Positions 32,272 to 41,000 of a DNA stretch of 64,000 nucleotides are shown here, piece by piece; position 1 is the stretch's first letter; the number at the start of each line of letters is the position of its first letter. The stretch comes from a virus (taxonomy: Duplodnaviria; Caudoviricetes), in the IMG/VR virus record IMGVR_UViG_3300010163_000018, positions 9,668 through 73,667 of that record. One strand, given 5' to 3'. The notes beneath the pieces are model-generated. The model searched no databases, had not been told where the DNA came from, and saw only the letters and a list, made by a program, of their open reading frames with translations. Made by a program: the position numbers and the translations under genes.

Positions 32272-32393
32272 GTTAACAACTCCTTTAAAGTTTTAAACGT
32301 AGTCTACAGTACACTTACTATTACCCACGTCAATATTATTATATATAGATTTAGAAAAAGAAAAAATAGAAATACTTTAGACAATAGATATAG

Positions 32394-32409
32394 ATATTAT
32401 TAAAATGAA
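32394..32409 (+). promoter_or_regulatory. Candidate early promoter ATATTATT-N4-TGAA
   Basis: ATATTATT-AAAA-TGAA; same fixed positions at 34720 (+) and 63970-63985 (-), each directly upstream of a non-structural gene. Confidence 0.6.
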
Positions 32410-32422
32410 AGGAGTGATAATA

Positions 32423-32821
32423 ATGCACATTACAAATATCTTAAACCTAATAACAGATATATGCATATACTATTACATTGAATACTATAAAAGGATATTG
32501 GGTAAAAAGCTTAACATATCAGATAATATCCGTAATGTATTAATGAAAAACATATATTGGGGATATATAAATGCATTCCATACATCTTTTGTATATGATA
32601 TACAGATTATGGAATTTCCTTACGATAAACATTGTACATTAAATGAAGATGACATTTGTATTGATGGTATGAAAAAGGTAATTGACGAATATATAGAAAC
32701 ACATCGTCGTTATTATAATCATTCACCACATGTATTATCTATGAGCAATCATCCAATAGAGAACTTTATGCATTTTGATCATAGATGGATAAAGAATTCA
32801 CTTGATGTATATTTGTTTTAA
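32423..32821 (+). CDS. Hypothetical protein, 132 aa, very AT-rich
   Basis: Start reassigned to ATG 32423 after SD AAAGGAGTG. Confidence 0.65.
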   Translation: MHITNILNLITDICIYYYIEYYKRILGKKLNISDNIRNVLMKNIYWGYINAFHTSFVYDIQIMEFPYDKHCTLNEDDICIDGMKKVIDEYIETHRRYYNHSPHVLSMSNHPIENFMHFDHRWIKNSLDVYLF

Positions 32822-32870
32822 AATAGATAAAGACAAAAGAAAGAAATAACAATGAAAGGAGTGATAAACT

Positions 32871-33068
32871 ATGGAAACTTATTCCATCACCATATTAGAT
32901 AAAAACCATAAAAAAGTTGGTGAATTAATGACAGCTACAGGAACCGAAGTATTGTCATTAATCAACAAGGGTTTCACAGTGGAAGATAAGGCATCTGGTA
33001 AACAGATAACCGAAGATTCCATAAACACTGTGATGGGTGTATCCGATGGACTTATTAATATCGGATAA
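32871..33068 (+). CDS. Hypothetical protein, 65 aa
   Basis: SD GAAAGGAGTG upstream. Confidence 0.7.
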   Translation: METYSITILDKNHKKVGELMTATGTEVLSLINKGFTVEDKASGKQITEDSINTVMGVSDGLINIG

Positions 33069-33164
33069 TTTTTGTCTTACGATACACATATGATTACAAT
33101 GGTTACGAGAGATATGTAATGTATCTCTTGTTAATACATCAACATCCACAAGGAGGAAATAACA

Positions 33165-33593
33165 ATGGCAACTACAAAAACATTTTCATTTGCTGCACTT
33201 GCTAATTATGGCAATAGCTCAGCAACACCAGCAGAGAACTTCCAGAAGGCTTTCGTAACTGATGCTAAGAAGTTCTATGCAAAGGCAGGTTATCCGTCAA
33301 AGGATGAAATCGGTATTCTCGATGAGATCAAACCCGATGTATCCAATACGGTTTCTGCAATTCCTGAATTTGTCTCCGGCTTCATGCATGACGAACAGAG
33401 ATCATTCGATCTTCCCGCACCCGATGACAACACGGCACCGGCAACTCTTACAGTTGTTCATGTGCCTGAAAAGACTACTGAAGGTGTTGTGACAATCGAC
33501 GGACCCAACAAGGGTGAAAAGTGGACATCGACTGTCGGCGAGCATGATGAGCTCAAGGTTAAGAACCGCCGCAACAAGTTCAAGAAGAAGTAA
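33165..33593 (+). CDS. Probable HU/IHF-like DNA-binding protein
   Basis: TLTVVHVPEKTTEGVVTIDGPNKGEKWTSTVGEHDELKVK resembles the HU beta-ribbon arm; basic C-terminus; SD AAGGAGG. Confidence 0.5.
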   Translation: MATTKTFSFAALANYGNSSATPAENFQKAFVTDAKKFYAKAGYPSKDEIGILDEIKPDVSNTVSAIPEFVSGFMHDEQRSFDLPAPDDNTAPATLTVVHVPEKTTEGVVTIDGPNKGEKWTSTVGEHDELKVKNRRNKFKKK

Positions 33594-33639
33594 TAAGAAA
33601 TCTCCGAGCGTTTCGAATGCTCATATATCTCCAGTTTGT

Positions 33640-33690
33640 GGGAAAGACCCGGGTCCAAATGGACCCGGAATTCCCATGTATTTTTTTTTT
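33640..33690 (+). terminator. Intrinsic terminator
   Basis: CCGGGTCCA-aa-TGGACCCGG stem within GGGAA...TTCCC, then T10. Confidence 0.8.
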
Positions 33691-33702
33691 GAGGTGATAA
33701 CT

Positions 33703-34635
33703 ATGAAAGTTCCAGAAACTAACACCCAAGTCCCTGTCATTAATAAATCCGTGACAACAGCCCGTGTTATTCAAAATATGTTATTGAACATATGCGGAAC
33801 GAACATACAGTTCATTGATGATCCTAATGAAGCACAATGTTTGATAGCTGTTCAACAGGATGGGTTGGTAATTAAATATATCCCGGAACACAATAGGACT
33901 ATTAATGTCAATAAGGCCGCTATTCAGAATGCCCCCGAGGCAATAAAATTTATCCAGATAAAGTCTTTAGAAGAGTTCTGTGAGTACTTGGAAATAGACA
34001 ACGACATTTTACAATCTGTCAACTTTAACAATATGCCAGAATCATTGAGAGATGTGATTCTGGATTATTTGATCAGTAAAGATCCATATTATATCCTACG
34101 GACTAATGTAGAGTATACATCAGTTGAAATGTGGCTGGCTGCAATTGAAGAACAACCGGATATATTGGAAAAAATGAGTAGTGTTGAATATGACAAATTC
34201 GGAGATGAACTAATTAATCAATTAATTCCCCGTTTCCCAGACTATCTTATCCGATCTTACTGGATAGACCGGATGAATGGACAACAGGTAAAATGGTTAA
34301 TAGAACAGCGTCCTCTTGATGCCAAACGTATTATTGAGAAAAGATCAAGCCGCGAATATACTGAGTTAGGTATATATGCTGTTGGAATACAACCATCAGT
34401 GGTGTCCTCTGTTGCAAGAACCTTTGAATTCCATGAAGATATATTCAAGTTTTATAAAACGGCTATATCCGTATACGGAAGCATAGCTGTTGAATATATC
34501 TGTGAATCTGATCTCCATGATAAGCATCTTGAGGATTTCATTGTGACGCACTTTACCAAATATGCGCTTAAAAAATTAAATTATAAACCCAAGAAAATAT
34601 CAAATAAACTCAGGCTGTTGTTTAGACGGTATTAA
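33703..34635 (+). CDS. DUF4116-like repeat protein
   Basis: AVQQDGLVIKYIP / AAIQNAPEAIKFI / AAIEEQPDILE repeats; start reassigned to ATG 33703 after GAGGTG. Confidence 0.65.
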   Translation: MKVPETNTQVPVINKSVTTARVIQNMLLNICGTNIQFIDDPNEAQCLIAVQQDGLVIKYIPEHNRTINVNKAAIQNAPEAIKFIQIKSLEEFCEYLEIDNDILQSVNFNNMPESLRDVILDYLISKDPYYILRTNVEYTSVEMWLAAIEEQPDILEKMSSVEYDKFGDELINQLIPRFPDYLIRSYWIDRMNGQQVKWLIEQRPLDAKRIIEKRSSREYTELGIYAVGIQPSVVSSVARTFEFHEDIFKFYKTAISVYGSIAVEYICESDLHDKHLEDFIVTHFTKYALKKLNYKPKKISNKLRLLFRRY

Positions 34636-34653
34636 ACGGTAAATATATATTAA

Positions 34654-34675
34654 CACGGGGGCATATGCCCCCGTG
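34654..34675. terminator. Palindromic terminator-like hairpin
   Basis: Perfect palindrome CACGGGGGCATATGCCCCCGTG. Confidence 0.75.
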
Positions 34676-34719
34676 ATTATAATTCTAAGTCCTTTCTATT
34701 TTTATTACTTTCTATACAT

Positions 34720-34735
34720 ATATTATTTATATGAA
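34720..34735 (+). promoter_or_regulatory. Candidate early promoter ATATTATT-N4-TGAA
   Basis: ATATTATT-TATA-TGAA upstream of a 49-aa ORF. Confidence 0.6.
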
Positions 34736-34791
34736 TAAGAAAGTAGAAATACTGACGTTATTCAAATAAATATAGAAAGGACGATGAGCAA

Positions 34792-34941
34792 ATGTTCAAC
34801 ACGTTTGTTGAGATAAACAGCCATCTCATAAGGCTGTATCAGGAACTCGGTAAGGTTGTTGTCCGTGATAACAACAATGGATTGATAACCTACGAACATC
34901 CTGAATTTGGCGTTCTCGCTACGGTGAGATATGCCAAATAA
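34792..34941 (+). CDS. Small protein, 49 aa (MFNTFVEINSHLIRLYQELGKVVVRDNNNGLITYEHPEFGVLATVRYAK), not in the ORF track
   Basis: GAAAGGA SD, upstream promoter motif and downstream terminator. Confidence 0.65.
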   Translation: MFNTFVEINSHLIRLYQELGKVVVRDNNNGLITYEHPEFGVLATVRYAK

Positions 34942-34950
34942 AAAGATTCA

Positions 34951-35002
34951 AGACGGGTTGAACATTAATCATATGTTAATCTCCCCACCCGTCTTTTTTT
35001 TT
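34951..35002. terminator. Terminator between convergent genes
   Basis: AGACGGGT...ACCCGTCT stem followed by a long T run. Confidence 0.6.
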
Positions 35003-35008
35003 CTTGGA

Positions 35009-38000
35009 TTATCCTCTTGATAATCTTGTTACTTGTTCTGGAATGTCATTGCTTTGGAAAAGATTTGTATCCGTAGCATCCGTTGTAGGTTGCGGTTTGG
35101 GTTTATCACCGTCAATCTTCTCAATGAGTTCCTCGAGCAATTGTTCTACACGTCGAGCACGAACATTGAATGTCATCTTGCTCATTTTGTCTAACAATTC
35201 TGAATTGTTTGTTTGATCTGGTTTTATATCGTATTTATTTACGATGATAGGACTTACTCCATTATTTTCATTAGATTCATCCATAAGCTTGGACATATCA
35301 AGAGGCGGAACATCCATCTGTACATTATTAGATCCATATACAGAATCCGTCCAGAAGTCTGATACATCGCCACTACCCTTCGGCGCAGTAGCACCGGAGA
35401 ACGCGAATTTTGAATTACTGGAATCATCTTCAGCAGGGGCTTTTGAACCAACATATCTAAGTGTAGTTCTAAGACCAGGATATGACGGACCCATAGTCCA
35501 TTGTAATTTAGACCGCCAGTTTGGATCTCCGTCAAGATAACTCTTTGCTTGTCCAGGTCCAACTATTGCTGTTCTCGAACCATTGCCTGCATCAAAGCCT
35601 AAAGCATTTTGATCATCAGAACCGGGTTGAATATACATTCCGACATGCTCTTGTGTTGTTATGATATCTCCTTCTTGCATGTCATTCGGATCAAAATCCA
35701 TAAATATCCAATCGTCTGAAGGTTTTCCATCAGGACCAAGAATGAAACCGTCACTACCTCGTTTTCCAACGATGTCATACGTACACCATCTATATTTATC
35801 ACAAGATCCTGCCTGACTCTTGGTTGGGTCAAATGTATAACCCATATAGTTCATAGTTGCACTAAGCATACCAGAACAGTCTGGGTGAAGGTGCTCAAGA
35901 GTAATACCGCTACGTGTTGTAACAGGTCCTCTGTTGCCATGATCATATGTTCCTGAAGGCACTTTATTAGTGTATGCCTCCCATACCTGTGATGCAGCTT
36001 CAATCAGATCACCTTTATTACCTCCGGTTGCATTGGACACGGTTGATACAAATCTGCCATTAATAACTCCTTCCTTATCTGAGGCCTTGTTTGACGAACC
36101 CGATGGACTAATATGTTTATTACCGAAAGAATTATAATATTCTTCGGCAGAATTATGTCTCGCAACAACACCATTGGGATTTGATTGTAACATCCATGGA
36201 TATGCTTTGAGGACCTGTTCATCACTGGTATAACCTGTTCCTGCTTCATATTTCCAAAGAAAGATCTTGTTTGCCTCAACAGGATTTGAAGCATTTTTAA
36301 TAGGCTCAAATATTCCACGTTCTTTAAGAACAGACAATATTGCGTCAAGTTGTGCTGGCTTGTCTGTTATCGATTTTCCCTTCTTAACGGTTTTATTATA
36401 TAAATCCCTTTTAAGACCAGACGATGTGAATTGTGCTATACCGAAACCTACTGCCTCACCAGGCGTCTGTCCACCATATGCTGTTGCATGTCTTCCATAT
36501 ACAAAGTCATCTTCTGATTCCTTCTTACTGTCAACATCAGCGGCATACGAAGCATCACCTTCTGCTCCTGCTTTATAACCGAACTTGTCTTGATAAATAT
36601 TTTCGAGATTATCATATTGGAAATTAGATTCGTGTTTGAAGCAGCCCATCATACCAGCGGCACCAATAGGAGACATTCCAGCACTTACCAAATAACTGTA
36701 TGTCTGCTCTTCTGGTGTATCACCTGACAATTCACCGCCACTTTCTTCGAACTTCCAATATGTCAATGGGTTAATATGACCATCATCTCCTGTTTGACGA
36801 CTGTTAGATTTAGTAACCATGTAACGTAATAACTTAAAGTCCTCACTACGTCCAGTCATACCGGTACTACCGAACTTACCCAGTATCTGGTTAGGTTCAA
36901 TGTTTGAACCCTCTTGAACAGCTTTGTCAACTTCATCAAGATGGAAGTACCAGTGATACATACCTGCAGAATCTCTCCATTTAACGGAATTTCCAAGACC
37001 ACCGTTTGGATCGGAGTTACCATGTTTACCACCACGAGTTACATATGTTACAGTACCACCAGTGATAGCACGGACAGTATCGTCATTGCCTCCATTGTTA
37101 ATAACAATAGCTTCTGAGTCATTACCTGTTGATCCAACACCTTCTTTTGATACAGGTGCATCAGATTTTCCATACCAACCACTATCAAGCGTTGATATAC
37201 TCGTCAATCTTTTACTATCATCATCAAATGCATCACCTGATGTTGCAGCGAAATAGTCATGTACGGGTGATTTAGAAGAAGTTTTGTCAGAAATGTCTGT
37301 TATTGTATTTATTATAGGACTAAATGGAGCCATTTCTGCACCAAGAGCAGATTCACCAGAGCTACCTGCTGAGTCAATTTCGCTGAGATCAATTTTCTCC
37401 ATAGCTGATGATGCTTCTTCATAACCAGCAGCAGCCTCTTCGGCGCCTTTCAACATGTTCTTTCCGCGTTCACTACCCTTGTCGTATGCAGCTTGACCGC
37501 CGAGTTTTACAATGTATGAATTACCTTTTTTCTCCCATAGTTTTTCCATACGTGTTTCATATGCGGCATCGTCTTCTCCATCACGTTTTGGATTATCTGC
37601 TTTGAGTTGATCTTTGGCTTGTTTTTCTATAGCTTCGTATTCATCACCGAGTTCACGTTTTATAGTTTTAGCTTTATTTTCTTCATCGGCTGCTTCTATT
37701 GTCTTCTTCATACTATCGGCCTTTGAATCACCGGTAAATATAGAAGTAAGTTTTCCAGTAAGAGTTTTGAGTTTGTTGAGAGCTTCTGTTGTTGCTTCAT
37801 CAAAACCATACTGTTCATATTCATTCTCCTCATCACCAGATCCATACAGACCCAATTTAGAGTTCAATGTTAATGATGTAGCCGACTGTCGTTCAACCTT
37901 GCCTGTCATAGGATTAGCAACATAAGCACCACCATTTCGGTCGGTTCCAACGACATTGACATAGTGACTGTTACCACTCTTGGTACCGAAACCAGTACCA

Positions 38001-41000
38001 CTGCCGAGAAGCGTAATTGGATTAGTTGGTGACGCTTGTTTCAGTGAAGCCTGTGTAACTCCACCAACACGCATACCCATACCCATTGCACTACCAGTGC
38101 TAACCATTGATCCAACAGAAGTGCCTCTGCTTGGTTCATAAGCACCACTACCGGCCATTCTTGCTGCAAGTGAAGCAGGATTAACCTTTTCACCTGTTCG
38201 ACGCGAGTATGCGTCAGCTAATACAACAGGACCACATCCGCGTTCACCCATATTCATATAATTACCATATGAATGCTGGTTCATTGTTGTATTATTACCA
38301 GATCCATACATATATGACCATGAGTTGTTTACCGTGCTTGTATTTACATCACCGGCACCGAAGTCACTACCGAGATTAACCTTTTCTGTATCAACTTTAG
38401 GATCTTCCTTTTCTTCCTCCTTTTTGGAACCGTCTTCACCACCAGGTAGTATTGCTTGGAGTTGAGAGATCATTCCCTCAATACCTTGTTTCATCTGGTC
38501 TACACCTGATGTTATCATTGTCTTTGAGGTGTTGAGCATGTTCTTACCTGTATCGGCAAGACTATCTCCTACTTTACCTACACTACCACCTAAAACTGGG
38601 AATTTACCAATCAATTTAGCGACTGCACCTATGCCGAATAACAAACCACCCAACATACCGATTATAATACCCATTCCTATCTGAAGAATACCTGATATCA
38701 TCTGAAGTTGATAACCGATGTTTTCAATGATAGGCTGAATTATTTGCATTATTATCATGATAGGAACCATGATAACATCTACTAATGCAGTTATGATTTC
38801 TAATATCGGAGTAAGGACATCAAGTAGTGTCTGAATGATTGGTTGTATTGCTTCAATAATAGGCTGAATTACCGCTATCAACGATTCTGCTATTGTAACA
38901 ACTGTTTCGGCTATTGTGGTAACCATGTCTTTGAGTATTGATACTATGGGCTTAATTAACTCCATAACAGCTTCAAATGCTTGATTCAACGGTTCAAGTC
39001 CCTCAGTCAGTATACTCATTACGAGGTCTTTAAGAGCCTGAAGTCCTTCCAAGCTTGCTACAATCGATACAATCAATTCACCTATACCGAGTAATGCCTG
39101 CGAGAATCCTCCGAATATCTCACCGAGATTACCGAGCATATCACCGATAAGACCACCCTTTTTATTAGAACCACCACTGCTACCAGCTGATCCTGCATCG
39201 GGTGTAGATGAGGTTGGTGTCGATGATTCGCCGGAATCTGTTGATCCTTCTTCTCCACTACCACCAGTACCGGCTGATCCTGCATCGGGTGTAGATGAAG
39301 TAGTCGTTTCATCTGAAGGAGGTGTAGTTGATGGATCCGTTCCTGTATCAGTAGAATCTTCTCCATTTTCAGCAACCTGTTCATCATGTATCAGCCCAAG
39401 TTTCTCAGCAATTCCCTTCAGTGATTCATGCATCTTGGATATGATTGATTCTTTCTTTCCAGTGATAGTATCCTCGATGTTTGCCTGTATAGGATTTGCC
39501 TCACGAGCTTCCTTTTCGGATTGCTTCTTTTTCTCCTCAGCAGCTTTTTCTTTAGCCTTTTTGAATCCCTTTGTCATTCCGGATGTAAATCTACCACCAA
39601 GAACTTTCAGTCTACCTTCACCATCACTGGATCTTTTATTCTTTATCTTAGAAACAGCGTTCTTAGCGAACTGTCCAACCTTGCTGTCTGCAATACTCTT
39701 CATTGCTTCTTGTATTTTGTTTTTTACACTCGACATTACATTCTCGGCAAAATCTTTTAATGAACTACCAACCTTGCCTAAGAACCCTACAACCAAACCC
39801 ACAGCTTGACCGATCTTCGAGTTCTTTATTACCGACGTAACTTTCCCAAATTTATCCTTGAAATCTGATATTATGTTCTTAAATGATTTTGTAACATCGG
39901 TTGATATATTCTCGAAAGACTGTTTCAGTACCTTTTTAGGATCTTTAAGAAGATCAGCAACAGTCGCAGTGTTGGTCATCTTCTTTCGTTCTTTTTCTCT
40001 ACCTTTTTTGTCGGTGTATGTTTCTCTCGCAATAGAACCATCGTCATTCCGTACCCATTGACCTGTGAACGTTGTATTGAGTATCTTATCTTTAGCTATG
40101 CCTGCCACTTCTCGGGTTGTAAGGACATTTCCTTTTTTATCTGTAATATGTTTGGAAAACTCCATGTCACCGATTTTATTTACAGCTTTCTTTCCGAGGT
40201 TTATTGCTCCCGCATATACTTTTTTCGGGGCTTCAATAGCAAGGTTCCTTATAAGTCCCTTGTTCTCCGATATAACGTTACCATTTTCATCTTTTTCTTT
40301 TGAACCGAATAAACCGTCCTTCATTGAAAGGAGACCATATTTCAGATCCCTCATGCCTTTCTCAGCTATCTTCATTACGAATTTAGCAATTTTACCAAGT
40401 ACCTTAGTAATACCAGAAAGACCTTTTTTAATTACCTCGAACGGAGATGAAGCTTCGTCACCAGAATCCTTTTGAGGTTTTTCTGGAGCATCTTGTAAAA
40501 CAGAACCGATTTCAGGAGTTTCACCATTAGCAAGTGCTGTTTCTCCCTTCTTACGTTTCTCCTTTATCTCGTCTATTTTTCTTATATCTTTGATATGTTG
40601 AAGTATTGCAGTTTTGACTTTACTGTCATCTATTGATTCTGCCATCAGTTCAGCATCATCAAGAGCACCATCTCCAATATATTGAAGAGCTAACCGTGCC
40701 TGTGATAATGCCATATCATCAGACAATTCCTCAGGATCAAATTCGAAGTTCTTTACACGATTCTCTGCACCTTTTAATGCCATACTGTCGACATTGTATA
40801 TAGCATTATTTGCAAGTCGTCCACCAGTCTGTTTAATTTTCTGGGCATGCTCATTGCTGTCAATTTTACTCTTGACTTTACCGGCAACTTCTTTAACTTT
40901 ACCCTTCGCTCTATCAACAAGACCGTCTTCACCGAAAACCTTTTCCTGTGCTTCTTTCACTCGGCTATCATATGCATACCTGCCAGTGACATATCCTGTG

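Noticed and set aside
33514-33702. N-terminal extension of the 373-aa ORF overlapping the HU-like gene
   Set aside because: It overlaps another gene and a terminator. The SD points to ATG 33703.
36890-36930. AVQEG in the M23 domain (and MQEG, CLQEG elsewhere in tail genes) as prohead protease sites
   Set aside because: They lie in folded tail domains outside the head and lack flanking disordered or acidic context, so they are probably chance matches.
39186-39298. 26-nt direct repeat GCTGATCCTGCATCGGGTGTAGATGA in the tape-measure gene
   Set aside because: It encodes a duplicated SSTPDAGS in a low-complexity linker, an ordinary local duplication.
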